Below, piece by piece: positions 39,901-51,662 of a stretch of 64,000 nucleotides of DNA. The DNA is from Phyllosticta citribraziliensis. Taxonomy: Eukaryota. The notes under the pieces are model-generated. The model was given only the letters and a program-made list of their open reading frames with translations. It did no database searches and had not been told where the DNA came from. Within the stretch, counting starts at the first letter, position 1. Each line of letters begins with the position of its first letter. The translations under genes and the position numbers were made by a program. The stretch spans positions 620,001 through 684,000 of the forward strand of contig NW_027117347.1 of assembly GCF_038025025.1 (NCBI RefSeq), read 5' to 3'.

Positions 39901-41858
39901 CACTCCAACCTACCTTGAACTGGACAAGTTTGGTCACAACTCGGATCCAGGACCGGAGAACTACAATGCTCGCTACTATTCCCAAAGTGAGCTTGAAGGT
40001 CTGCCAGACCTCGTCAAATACATTTTCCGGACGGTCATGATTTCGCAAGGTTGCCTTGAAGGCATCACTCAAGAGGTCCGCAACGCTGTGACCAGGTCTA
40101 TTCCCAAGGGCCACGGCGAACCCCTCGAAATCATCAAGACATTCGCCATGTGGACAGCATGGAAGCGAGGCAATGAGGATATTCCGACATGGGCACATCC
40201 AGATGCAGAGCTCCCCGATACTGGAGTACCAGGAGAGAAGAAACTCAGCAACGCCGCCCTGAAGAGACTCGAGCGCAAGGCATTCATCGAGAACTACCGC
40301 GCAGCCGCCCCGGAACGTGCACAGTCGGCTAGATTGCGGACGAAGGCATTGGAAGGCGACAGTGCTGAAGCAATGTCCCTGGTCAAGCACACCAGTTCGC
40401 CCAAGACCTCCGTGCTGGGTCCAAAACGCATCGCTTGTGATGCATGTCGCAGGCGTCGAATCAGGTGCAAGCACAAAGATGAAGTGTCGTCTCCTATTTC
40501 GCCACAGGCGAATGCTTCCGGAGAGCGACGGCCTAGCGCTCCAATCGTCGCTGTCATGATGCCGTCGCCTCTGAACCCTGAGGCCGTATCCCCGTTGAAC
40601 GGTATTCACCCGCAGATTGTCAATGGCCATCTTCCTGCTGCAGTCGTTTCGGACGTTCCCCAGTCTGCAGAGATTCCAGAAATAAGGCGGAGAAGCAAGG
40701 CTTGCTTGGATTGCCGGAGGAGCAAAGTACGTGTTTATCTAGACACTTTGTATGGCTCGCATGCTTACGATTCTCTAGCGACGTTGCATACACGATGAAC
40801 ACGGCAACGTAGATCCGGTCAAGGCTCAGGAACAACCAGTTCCGCGGGGCAGACGGCGTGTCAGTGGCGGAGACGAAGCCGATGGGTTCAAGACATCGAG
40901 GCTAGACAGCGGTCTCAATTTCGGCCAGCAAGGACTATATCCGCCACCAGAACAAGACTTTGTTCCGGATCATCAAGAAATGATGGCGCCTAGTGCTTAC
41001 CCCCAGCTCTCAGCCGAAGAATCTTCCGATGTTCTCATGGTTGATGCACATTCTGTCGACGCTCAACCTGAACCACAACCACCGGTCGATGCCATGAGTA
41101 GCGTTATAGACCCAATGCTCGAGAATTACCCTCAATTCGGAACGATCGACGAGGAGGTCGATCAAATACAGGTCAATGGGGCACATCCTGTTGATCTAGC
41201 CACAGCTACGGAAGTGCAAGTGCCCGACTCGGGTGACGTTGCTCTCCCGAGCACGGAGAGTGTGCACGAGGTGCCCGTTGCTCCCATGGCTCCCATGGCA
41301 CGCATGATCGTCTCTACCAAGCAACCCTCGATGATTGGTGGCGAACCGTCTCAGCCAGTCTCTCCTCACGGCCCCAATGGTGTCCAGCAATCCTCGCCGT
41401 TGACAGAACTCGGCAATTCTATGTCTCCTGAGCGGCCGCGCATGGAAATGCTGATCGACCCTGCACTCGACTCGCCTCTTGAACGTCGACAGTCTTTGCG
41501 AACCTCTAGGCCAGTAGAAAGGTATTCGGAAACGGCAAATTCTACGCGCTTGTCACAACCGCCAAAATCTCGCCGTACCTCTTCCAGGACCCCTGCACCA
41601 GCAAAGAGCCCTAGCATCAGCGGAAACAGTGTCAAGGCGCCACACACTGTAACTCCTGCAAGACAACGAAGAAACAGCAATGCTGTCTTGGAGTTTGTGG
41701 ATACAGCACCTAATAGTGCAGCGAAAACCGTGAGCAGCGAGCCAAAGCAGCGCACGCTGAGCCAATTGGAAAACCCGGACCAAAACGAGGCCAGCATGAG
41801 GTTGATTAGAGAGATGATGGCAGGAGACAGGGGATTGCGGCGGCGAGGGTCAAGGTAA
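36950..41858 (+). CDS. JHD1: JmjC + PHD histone H3K36 demethylase (Jhd1/KDM2-like); introns 38685-38729 and 40727-40778
   Basis: PHD (CAGC...WIGCNGCQGWYHFACAG...FYCRTC); JmjC motifs NVISLE, YTDFHVDFGGSSVFYH, IPSGWIHAVWTP. Confidence 0.93.
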
Positions 41859-43063
41859 GACGTTGTCATTTCTCGCGTGGCGTTTCTCAACGGTGTTTCT
41901 TTCCTCGAGCTTTTTGGGACGTGGTGGTGGCAGTTTCAACGTAGGAAGTGCAGCTGCACATGTCCATTTGGAACAAAAACAAAACAAAACGGAAGAGGCC
42001 AAAACTGGTTCGGCATGGCAAATGGAGGATACGGTAGGGATTGGATGGAACTTTAAAGAGCTTTGTCAGGTGCAAACCTATATTTTGTGAGGGGGCGTTG
42101 TACAGACATCTGAGAGCATCATTCGCGTCTCAACAGTTGCTATTCTCTCTCTTCGACCATTTTTACTCTACGTCTATCGCTTCTAGCTTTGGTCGCTCGT
42201 TGCGGGTGGAAGGTGTGTCATTCATTTATGGTGTAGAGGGGTGGCGTTTAGATTTTGTTCGGGTCGAGGTCTCCAGAATGCTTGATGCTGTGGGAATAGC
42301 TCATGCCTGGAAGATTATCGTCGCGGGTCTTCTCATCGTGGGTGGCTTTGCTGCTGTTTATATTTTCTTTGTCTCTTTACTCTCTCTTATAATAGTTGTT
42401 GATTTTCTTTTCATTAGCCGTGTGGGAGGCATTTTGTTCGTCTTTGCTGCGGAGTCTGGATGGTGCGTGAAGGAAACTGGTAGTTAGGTGGATAGAATCA
42501 TTTTGCGCAAATGCATCTGTAGTTCACAAGTTGCTCTGATGCTTTCGAGTGATGTGCGAGATTTGCAGCCAGACTAAGGACTGTTTGCTAAATCTACGTG
42601 AGAATCTCAATCCAATCGGGGTGCCGTGGTGTTGAGCTCACGCCGATCATGCTCGGCCGCATTGACCCGTCAGGGTTCCCGTTCAAGACAGCTTAAGCGC
42701 TTGGCTAACAGCACAACGTCTCTTGCTGTCACCTCCGGCAGCCTCCGATGATGAGGTATCAAAGGATTGATAACCCGGATGCAGTTGCCGATCGCAGTCA
42801 CGGCCAGTTACAGCCATGATCTGTGTCACGGGCAAGCGGCAGTCGTAAGAACGCCTCCGACTGGTCCACAACCTAAGACCAAGGCCAGGTACATACACGA
42901 AGCATCCTCAGGTACCACGCTGACACGACATACCGCCTCTCAGACCACTTGACTCGGATACATTCTTTCCTCGTACCTTTGTAACAGCTTCATCCGTTGG
43001 TCCTCAAACATTACAACTCCTTCCTCCACAATCTATACCTAAGCTCTTAGTCCTTCCATCACC

Positions 43064-44380
43064 ATGGACACCTGGCTCCCCCAAGAAGTGATTCGCCGCA
43101 AACGCGATGGCTTTGCGCTCAGCACCACCGATATCCAACGCTTCGTGGCTGGCATCACCGACAACACACTCTCCGAGGGACAGATAGCCGCCTTCGCCAT
43201 GGCCGTGTTCATGCGAGGCATGGCGCTCGAAGAACGCATCGCCTTCACTGCAGCCGTACGCGACAGCGGGCAAGTGCTGCGCTGGGAGCTACCAGGCCCG
43301 GTCGTCGACAAACATAGCACGGGCGGCGTGGGCGACTTTATCAGCTTGCCGCTGGCACCGCTGCTGGCCGCTACGGGCTGCTACGTTCCCATGATCAGCG
43401 GACGCGGTCTCGGACACACGGGCGGGACTTTGGACAAGCTTGAGAGCGTGCCCGGCTACAACGTCTTCCCCAACCCGGAGAAGTTTCGAGACGTGGTGCG
43501 CGAGGTGGGCTGCGCCATCATCGGGCAGACGGCGGACCTGGCGCCTGCGGACAAGAAGCTATATGCTATCCGCGATGTCACAGCTACGGTCGAGTCGATC
43601 GACCTCATCACGGCGAGTATTCTGGGGAAGAAGCTTGCAGCAGGGTTGGACGTACTGGTCATGGACGTCAAGACTGGGAATGGCGCGTTCATGGCGAAGC
43701 TGGAAGAGGCGGAGCGCCTGGCAGAAAGCATTGTGCTCGTGGCAAATGGTGCTGGAGTTAGGACGAGGGCTCTGGTCACGGACATGGGACAGCCGTTGGC
43801 GAGGAGCGCTGGCAACGCCGTCGAGGTGGAGGAGGCCGTGGCGCTGCTCAAGGGCGAGGTCAGAAGTGAGCGCTTGTGGGAGATTACCCTAGCCATTGCC
43901 GAAGAAACCCTCGTCGAGGCCCGCATTGCGTCGTCCAAGGAGGAAGCACGCAAAAGTCTGTTGGAGGCTTGGAAGAGCGGCGCTGCGCTCGACCGCTTCC
44001 AGCAGATGATCACTGCCCTGGGTGGTCCTGCGGACTTTACCTCGAAATACGAGGACTATGTGCCCAAGGCTCCGGTCGTCAAGCCCATCTACGCAGACAA
44101 AAACGGCGTGGTCAATGAGGTCGACACCAGGTCCGTTGGTCTCGCCGTGGTTGCTCTGGGTGGAGGTCGAAAGCGCCCATCCGACGCTGTGGATCCTGCC
44201 GTTGGCTTTACGAAGCTGGCTTTCCCTGGCGAAGCAGCTGATTCCGATCACCCCATCGGCTTTGTGCATGCGCAGACTGAGCAGCAGGCTGATGATGCTG
44301 CTTTGACACTTAAAGCTGCATACTCCATTGGCGAGGCAAGCGTTTCGTCCACCTCACTTTCTGTTTACAAGCGGCTTTAG
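43064..44380 (+). CDS. deoA: Thymidine phosphorylase, bacterial DeoA-like, intronless
   Basis: LPQEVIRRKRDG, SEGQIAAFAMAV, DKHSTGGVGD, SGRGLGHTGGTLDKLE, APADKKLYAIRDVTATV, KKLAAG, DVKTGNGAFM, LGGGR. Confidence 0.93.
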   Translation: MDTWLPQEVIRRKRDGFALSTTDIQRFVAGITDNTLSEGQIAAFAMAVFMRGMALEERIAFTAAVRDSGQVLRWELPGPVVDKHSTGGVGDFISLPLAPLLAATGCYVPMISGRGLGHTGGTLDKLESVPGYNVFPNPEKFRDVVREVGCAIIGQTADLAPADKKLYAIRDVTATVESIDLITASILGKKLAAGLDVLVMDVKTGNGAFMAKLEEAERLAESIVLVANGAGVRTRALVTDMGQPLARSAGNAVEVEEAVALLKGEVRSERLWEITLAIAEETLVEARIASSKEEARKSLLEAWKSGAALDRFQQMITALGGPADFTSKYEDYVPKAPVVKPIYADKNGVVNEVDTRSVGLAVVALGGGRKRPSDAVDPAVGFTKLAFPGEAADSDHPIGFVHAQTEQQADDAALTLKAAYSIGEASVSSTSLSVYKRL

Positions 44381-44856
44381 ACGCCATTGATTTGGGCATC
44401 ACTAGACCAGTAGTCAAAATAAAACACAGAATTGGACTTGCTGCTATGCTGTGGACTTCGAATATCTAAATGCCCAAAGTGGTAATGCATATCACGTGTA
44501 CTCGCAGCACGGGCGTTTCCGCCGTACTGCATCATCGCGAGAGGTTGATCCCAGCTCAAGCATCAACTTTCTCCCTCACGCCCCGCGAACCGCGTCCACC
44601 CCACCAACCCACCAGCTTCAATACGAGGGCCAAGCAATCGTGGACGCGCGCCTAGCCCGCACCCAATTTGAACGTCCTCCGATCCATCACACGCGAAAGC
44701 TCTCCACGAAACCAAAGATCCTCGCATGCCGAATCGATAGCAGCCGCCACTGCTTGCCTCACCATCACCTCCGTCCACAGCCTGCAGTACCACACAAATT
44801 CGCCTGCGCGGCGCCGCCTCTCCAACCTACCTCATCGATCGACCCACGCTCCCGCC

Positions 44857-47800
44857 ATGTCGTCCATCCCCGCCGAAACACGCGTCTGGATCAGCGACAA
44901 CCTGCTGCGGCTAGCCGGCCTGTCGGACCCAACAGTCGTCGACTTCGTCGCGGCCACGGCGTCAAGCGCCAAATCGGCGCCAGCGCTTGCGGACAAGCTG
45001 GGCAGCTTCCTCGACGACGACGCGGGCGACTTGCGGGGCTTCGCCGAGTCGCTGTTTGCTAAAGTGGGGAAGCGCGCGGATGCGAAGGGCAGTGCGGGCG
45101 CAAAGGAGAAGGACAGAGATGGCAAGGGCCAGCGCAAAAAATACGCGTTGTTGGATATGGAGGAGGATTCGATGCCGCCGCCCCCACCCCCAGCACCGTC
45201 GGTGAGAGACGACAAGGAGAGGAGCGAGAGGCGCAGAGAGAGAAGGGATCGGAAACGTGAGCGGAGTCGTGATCGGGAGGACAGAGACAGGCATCGGTCG
45301 AAGAAGCTGCGGCGCAAAGATGTTGACGACTTTGAAGGCCGATGGGGCGATGAAGAGTTTGTCGAGGAAGAGGCAGAGGAGGAACCTTATGAGGGATCGA
45401 GTCCAAAGAGAGCCCGGTTGGATGATGGGTCTGCGAGTCCGCGACCGTCGGGCAGGGGGAAGGACGAAGAGCCGGAAGAAGAATTGGACGAAGAAGAGAG
45501 GGATCGGAGAGAAAGGGAAGCGTTTGAGAAGAGGCTGCGAGAAAAGGATGACAAGTCTACGAAAAAGGTCGTCGAGGATCGCACGCAAAAGGATGCTGCG
45601 CGACGAAGAGCTCTAGCCGACGATGCGGAAGCTAGAGATGCTGCCCTGTCCGACCTGCGGTTGCGTTCGAGGCAAGAGTATCTCAAGAAGAGAGAGGCAG
45701 AGCAGCTTGCTCTGTTGCGGAAACAAGTTGCGGAAGAGGAAGAGGAGGAACGCCGAGCTGCCCCTGGCGAACTCACACAGGCGGAGCTGGACTCTTTCAA
45801 GAGAAACAGAGAGACGCTGCAGCTTGCAGAGGAGCGTTTGCGTGTGGACGAGCACACAGATGGCTACGCGCTTCCGGAGGACTATATCACAGAAAAGGGC
45901 AAGATTTCGCGGAAGAAAAAGGAGGAGGCGCTTTACAAACGCTACGTTGATCGCGATGAATACGGCCGCGAGCGATTCGTCACGGAGCAAGAGGAGTGGG
46001 AGAGGGAGCAGACGGCAAAAGCAAAGGCTCAGATTGCACGTCCAGAGCGCGTCAACGAGGGCGATTATGAATACGTCTTTGACGATTCGCAAAAGATCAA
46101 CTTCATCATGGACCAGGCGCTGCCTGGCCAGAGGCTGAGCAAAGAGCAGCAAATGCTGGCCAAACAGATAACCGCCGCAGAAGCCAAGGCCAAGTCCATC
46201 GACGAAACCCGCAAGAGTCTCCCCATCTACACGTGGAAAGACCAGCTCATGGAAGCAATATCGCAGTATCAATGTGTCGTCGTCGTGGCCGAGACTGGGT
46301 CGGGAAAGACGACGCAAATCCCGCAGTTCTTGCACGAGTCGGGCTACACGTCCAAGGGCGAGAATGGCGAAGCTAAGAAGATGGTTGCTTGCACCCAACC
46401 CAGGCGTGTGGCTGCCATGTCAGTCGCCGCGCGTGTGAGCGAGGAAATGGGCGTCAAGCTGGGCAAGGAGGTCGGCTACTCGATCCGTTTTGAGGACAAT
46501 ACAGACCCCAAGAACACGATTGTCAAGTTCATGACGGATGGAATGCTGCTGCGAGAGTTTTTGACGGATCCGAGTCTGGAGAATTACAGCGCCATCATCC
46601 TCGACGAGGCTCACGAGCGTACCTTGGCGACTGACATTCTGTTTGGCTTGCTCAAGGACATTGCAAGATTCCGGCCGGAACTCAAGCTCATCATCTCGTC
46701 AGCCACGGTTGATGCGCAAAAGTTTAGTGAATACTTTGACGATGCTCCCATCTTCAACGTGCCAGGCAGACGATTTCCTGTCAACGTCTACTACACCCCT
46801 CAGGTATGCTTACACTTGCTCCACTCGATTCTGCGTACTAACAATTCAACCCAGCCCGAAGCCAATTACCTTTCGGCAGCCGTCACAACAGTGTTCCAGA
46901 TCCACATGTCCCAGCCTCGAGGAGACGTTCTCGTCTTCTTGACTGGCCAGGACGAGATTGAGAAAATGGCCGAAGACTTGGCAGAGACGTCACGGAAACT
47001 GGGCTCGGCAGCACCAGAGCTCATCATCTGTCCCATTTATGCCAACCTACCGCAAGAGGAACAGGCCAAGATCTTTGAGCCGACACCGCCAGGAAAGTGC
47101 AGAAAGGTCGTATTGGCCACCAACATTGCAGAGACATCGCTCACGATTGAGGGCATCGTGTACGTCATCGATCCGGGCTATGTCAAGGAAAATGTGTACA
47201 ACCCCCGGACAGGAATGGAGTCGCTCGTGGTTACGCCGTGCAGTAGGGCGTCGGCCAACCAGAGAGCTGGTCGTGCTGGCAGAGTCGGTGCTGGTCACTG
47301 TTTCCGACTATACACCAAGTGGGCCTACTACAATGAGCTGGAGGCCAACACGACGCCAGAAATCCAACGGACGAATCTTTCGAGCACTGTGCTGCTGCTC
47401 AAGAGTTTGGGAATCAACGACTTGGTTGGGTTCGACTTCATGGACGCCCCGCCGGCAGACACGCTGATTCGGTCATTGGAGCTGCTCTATGCTCTGGGGG
47501 CTTTGAACGACAAGGGCGAGCTGACCAAGAGGGGTCGTCAAATGGCCGAGTTCCCTGTCGACCCCATGGTGTCTGCTGCCATTCTCAAGGCAGACCAGCT
47601 CAAATGCGTTGAAGAGGTCCTCAGCATTGTGTCCATGCTGGGCGAGTCAGCTGCTCTCTTCATCCGGCCAAAGCAACAGAAGATTCACGCAGACTCGGCT
47701 CGAGCACGGTTCACGATGAAGGAGGGCGGCGACCATCTCACGCTGCTCAACGTTTGGAACCAGTGGGTGGATGCCGACTTCAGCTACGTGTGGGCCAAGG

Positions 47801-48258
47801 AGAACTTTTTGCAGCAGAAGTCGCTGAGTCGGGCGCGAGACGTGCGCGACCAGCTTGCTCGCCTTTGTGACCGAGTCGAGGTCACGATTGAGGCGAGCGG
47901 AGCCAACGACCACGTGCCGATTCTCAAGTCGTTGCTGGCAGGCTTCTTCCCCAATGCAGCGCGGCTGCAGCGCGGCGGCGACAGCTACCGGACGGTCAAG
48001 AATGGCATGACGACGTACCTGCACCCCAGCTCGGTACTGACCAAGACTGGCGACAGCCCGCCCAAGTTTGTGTGCTACTACGAGCTGGTGCTCACGAGCA
48101 AGGAGTACATGCGCAATGTCATGCCGATCCCGAACCCGGCGTGGCTGAACGAGGTGGCGCCGCACTACCACAAGATGAAGGACCTGGAGAGCCTGGGAGG
48201 GGACGGCAAAAGGGTGCCGCGGGGAGGGCCAGGCGGCGCGAGTGGGAGCAGAGTGTGA
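44857..48258 (+). CDS. PRP2: DEAH-box pre-mRNA splicing helicase, Prp2/Cdc28/DHX16 type; in-frame intron 46804-46854
   Basis: [37 protein letters not shown]-terminal SRQEYLKKRE and EQEEWE blocks typical of DHX16/Cdc28. Confidence 0.9.
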   Translation: MSSIPAETRVWISDNLLRLAGLSDPTVVDFVAATASSAKSAPALADKLGSFLDDDAGDLRGFAESLFAKVGKRADAKGSAGAKEKDRDGKGQRKKYALLDMEEDSMPPPPPPAPSVRDDKERSERRRERRDRKRERSRDREDRDRHRSKKLRRKDVDDFEGRWGDEEFVEEEAEEEPYEGSSPKRARLDDGSASPRPSGRGKDEEPEEELDEEERDRREREAFEKRLREKDDKSTKKVVEDRTQKDAARRRALADDAEARDAALSDLRLRSRQEYLKKREAEQLALLRKQVAEEEEEERRAAPGELTQAELDSFKRNRETLQLAEERLRVDEHTDGYALPEDYITEKGKISRKKKEEALYKRYVDRDEYGRERFVTEQEEWEREQTAKAKAQIARPERVNEGDYEYVFDDSQKINFIMDQALPGQRLSKEQQMLAKQITAAEAKAKSIDETRKSLPIYTWKDQLMEAISQYQCVVVVAETGSGKTTQIPQFLHESGYTSKGENGEAKKMVACTQPRRVAAMSVAARVSEEMGVKLGKEVGYSIRFEDNTDPKNTIVKFMTDGMLLREFLTDPSLENYSAIILDEAHERTLATDILFGLLKDIARFRPELKLIISSATVDAQKFSEYFDDAPIFNVPGRRFPVNVYYTPQVCLHLLHSILRTNNSTQPEANYLSAAVTTVFQIHMSQPRGDVLVFLTGQDEIEKMAEDLAETSRKLGSAAPELIICPIYANLPQEEQAKIFEPTPPGKCRKVVLATNIAETSLTIEGIVYVIDPGYVKENVYNPRTGMESLVVTPCSRASANQRAGRAGRVGAGHCFRLYTKWAYYNELEANTTPEIQRTNLSSTVLLLKSLGINDLVGFDFMDAPPADTLIRSLELLYALGALNDKGELTKRGRQMAEFPVDPMVSAAILKADQLKCVEEVLSIVSMLGESAALFIRPKQQKIHADSARARFTMKEGGDHLTLLNVWNQWVDADFSYVWAKENFLQQKSLSRARDVRDQLARLCDRVEVTIEASGANDHVPILKSLLAGFFPNAARLQRGGDSYRTVKNGMTTYLHPSSVLTKTGDSPPKFVCYYELVLTSKEYMRNVMPIPNPAWLNEVAPHYHKMKDLESLGGDGKRVPRGGPGGASGSRV

Positions 48259-48666
48259 TGTAAGGTGGTTGGAGTAGTGGTGTCAATGGTGTAGATAGAC
48301 GGTAAATCAATGACTCGTCTTGAGGTGGGCGGGATTGGCGCCATGACGTCTATGGGCGAGCGGCAGGGAAGTCATGGCCAATGGAGCCTCCCCGCCGCAC
48401 CTGTCATCAAACATGTTTAAACGCTGCTCCCGACCGACCTTCCAAACCTTTCGCCTCTCACCACGAGCTGCACACAAACCTCACCTGCATCTCTCCTCGT
48501 ACATTCCACTTCGCCTAAGCGCCCACGCCCTGCGAGATCCCTAGGTAGCGCCCCACTGCATGCATGCACGTCAACTCCTTTAGCGCCCGCCCGCTCTTTG
48601 GCCAACTTTAGCCGCTGGAGCAAACGGAACCTACAAAAGCTGCCGACTGCTCCAACCGTTGCCCAA

Positions 48667-50160
48667 ATGTAAGCTGGTCTTCATTCTTTGCTCCACTCCC
48701 AAAAGCATTTCCGTTGCCAATCTTTCCGTTTTGTGGCTCTTTCTCTGCTGTTGTGCTGTTTCTACTACCTACACCATTCCATTGAAACAATTGCGACTAC
48801 TTCAAACATCTTTCCTCTCCCCTTCAAAATGGCCATATTTGCGTACCCTCCCCATCCTCCTCCGCCTCCTCCGCCCTACAATCAACCGCCGGCATTTCTC
48901 GCGCGCGCGCCGTCTCGTTCCCGCTCGCTCACAGTTCTCCCCGTTCGCAACAGGAACCGCTCGCTCTCAATTCGCTCTGCGCGGAACAGGGACGGCAGCG
49001 AGGGCACGCCCTCGTCCAAGCCGCTGCCCAAGCACCGCTTCACCATAACATCGCTGCGTGGAATGCAACAGCCGGAGCTTTCGAAGCGTCTGTTCAAGCT
49101 CATCAAGTCGGAGAACCACGCCATTAGCGCCCACGAAACCGCCGGAAGAGAGCGCGCCAGCATCGCCGCGCAGTTGAGCGAATGGGGCGAGGCCACGGGC
49201 GATGATGCTGTATCCGACATCAGCGACAAGTTGGGCGTGCTGATGGCAGAAATTGCGGAACAGGAAGACCTGTACTCTCAGGGCTTGGAAGAATATCGCG
49301 GCGTGCTGAAGCAGATTCGGAATACCGAAAGCAGTGTGCAGCCTAGCAGAGACCACAAGATCAAGGTTTGTTTACCAAAGCTCCCGGGTTCAAGCATTGA
49401 GTGAGGCGTATTGCTTGAGGCTCGATCGAAACAATTGCTAACGCGTCTTGCAGGTTTCCGACGAAATCGCTAAATTGAAGTACAAGGAGCCGCAGAGTAC
49501 CAAAATCGTACAGCTAGAGCAAGAGCTGGTCCGCGCTGAGGCCCAATCCCTGGTGGCCGAGGCGCAACTCACCAACATTGTGCGTTGACCCATACTCCTC
49601 ACTCCGCCACCCGACTAACCTGGAAACAGACTCGTCAAAAGTTCAAAGAGGCCTACTCAACGCATTTTGCGGCAGTCATTGAACGCGCCGAAAAGCAGGC
49701 ACTCCTGGCCAAACACGCTCGACGACTGATCAACCTCCTTGACGACTCGCCAATCGTCCCCGGCGAGTCGCACCCACCTTACGCCTCGTCAAGTTCTCCC
49801 GAAGCTGCTCGCGAAGTGCTCAACGACGCTGAAGATGAGCTGCGCTCCTGGCGTCCGAGCTGGGAAGAAGTCATGAGCATGGCAGGCGGCGGCCGCCTGG
49901 GCGTCGGCGGATTGGGCACCACGGCGCCCCCACCGCAAGCGCAGTCAGAGTACGGCGGCCCGGTCAGGGACAACTACTCCGAAACTCAGGGCGGCAGTAC
50001 TGTTGGAACTGAAGTCGAGTCCGACTTGCACCCGGCACTGCGGTCGAAGCCGAGAACCACCAGCGGCGAAAGTGAGAAGAGCAGGACGCAGCAGAATCCG
50101 CCATATCCCATCTCTGAGGCAGAGAGAGAAAGAGCAAACGCAAACGCGGTCATGATTTGA
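48667..50160 (+). CDS. Eisosome BAR-domain protein, Pil1/Lsp1 family; first exon ambiguous; introns 49366-49453 and 49580-49629
   Basis: PELSKRLFKLIKSE, QLSEWGE, DDAVSDISDKLGVL, IRNTESSVQPSR, LEQELVRAEAQSLVAEAQLTNI|TRQKFKEAY, LLDDSPIVPGE. Confidence 0.9.
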
Positions 50161-51662
50161 TCTTGCAGAGGACGACAATTCATTGTCAATGGACACGTGC
50201 GGCTCACATGAGCGGTGCACTACTAATGGGGCAAACCAAGTAATACGTTTGGACGGGCAGAAGTAAGGCTTGATATGGCTGGCAGGCACGCAAACGGGGC
50301 TGAGCAATTTGATAAATTGCCGTTGCTGCATCTCTTTACGCTGCTGTCTCTCTCATTCGCCGCCTCCATGTCAGCTCTTGCCACTGTTTGTGGGCGATGT
50401 GGAAGGGACGGGTGGGTTTTGTTTTTACGACGATTATGATACCAACACCAATACGTTATGTAGCGAATCTGGCGGCTTGGGAAGGAAAGTTAGTACAGCT
50501 GCACGCAACGGTGCTTTTCTTTGTGGCAATTCTGAGATTCTCCACTTGTGTCGCTTGTTCCTTGAGCAATGATTGCTGAACCATGACATGCATTCCTCGA
50601 CGTTGGACCATCACTTTATCCACCAGGCGTCTTCAAGTGGCCGCATCTGTACAGGAATGGAATTGTTCAACAGTGTATTCCGCACAAACACAAGCATACA
50701 CGCGCACGCCATGGCCTCTGGCTGCGAGGCGAATCTGACAGCTTACCTTGTATTCCTGAATGTTCTCGTGGTATCCGTCCAAATCCCCACGACTCCAGCA
50801 ATTTTGGCACACACACCGCGACATCCTCGCTTCTCTTCCCGACTACTCTGGCAGCGCGGGCGAGTTGGATTTCTCGCGCAAAGACACCTGTTGCGCCGTT
50901 CTCGCTTACAAGCAGCGCTTACAAGCAGCGCTTTCTTGCTCCGATGGTGCGTAGGCCCGATGCGTTGTCTCGTCGAGCGGTTTGCAGGGCGTCTAGGTGC
51001 GCTGAACACACGTCGTTTGCGCGCAGAGAGTCGGTGAGGTGTGAGGTGATTACTTTCGTGCGGTCGAGGCGCTTCTTTCGCTTCTTGCAGCTGGCCAGGA
51101 AATTCTTCTGGGGATGTGAGGAAGACAGTGGACATAGTGTTTCGTGAGAGCGTGCTCTGAAAGGTATTCGCTGTCCTGGAGCCTTTTACCCTTCTGAGAT
51201 GGGCGAGGAGCTCAGTGGCAAGTTCTGGGCCTGGAAGCAACTCGACTGGTTCCAGCGGGTAGAGTCTACCGCCCGCCGCCGCGTCCCAAAACTGTCTCGC
51301 CTTTCTGCACGTCGGCGCGAGAAGGTTGGAGGTCAGGTAGGTGAGTGAGCCGGTGGGGAGGAGAGCGCGCGCCGTCGATATAAGAGCGCTGACGTCCCTG
51401 CGCCCACTCGTCTTCCCTTCTCCACCACCCAGACAGGCCTTGACGTTGGATAGACGGCCGACTTTTTTTCCTGGGAAATCAAGGCGGAAAACGGTAAATC
51501 TCGCCACTGTCATCGTCGTGCCGCCGCCGCCTGGCTCTTTTCAATCCTCCTCTTTCGGTCAACCCACCGCATCCTCCAAGCCAACACACTCTTCTTCTCT
51601 TCAACCCATCATCACCACACACCAACCTGCCAACGAGATACGCGCTTGTGTGTTGGACGACC

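Noticed and set aside
35318..48258. Proximity of two spliceosomal genes (SF3B6, PRP2) as a functional cluster
   Set aside because: Separated by unrelated genes; likely coincidence among housekeeping loci
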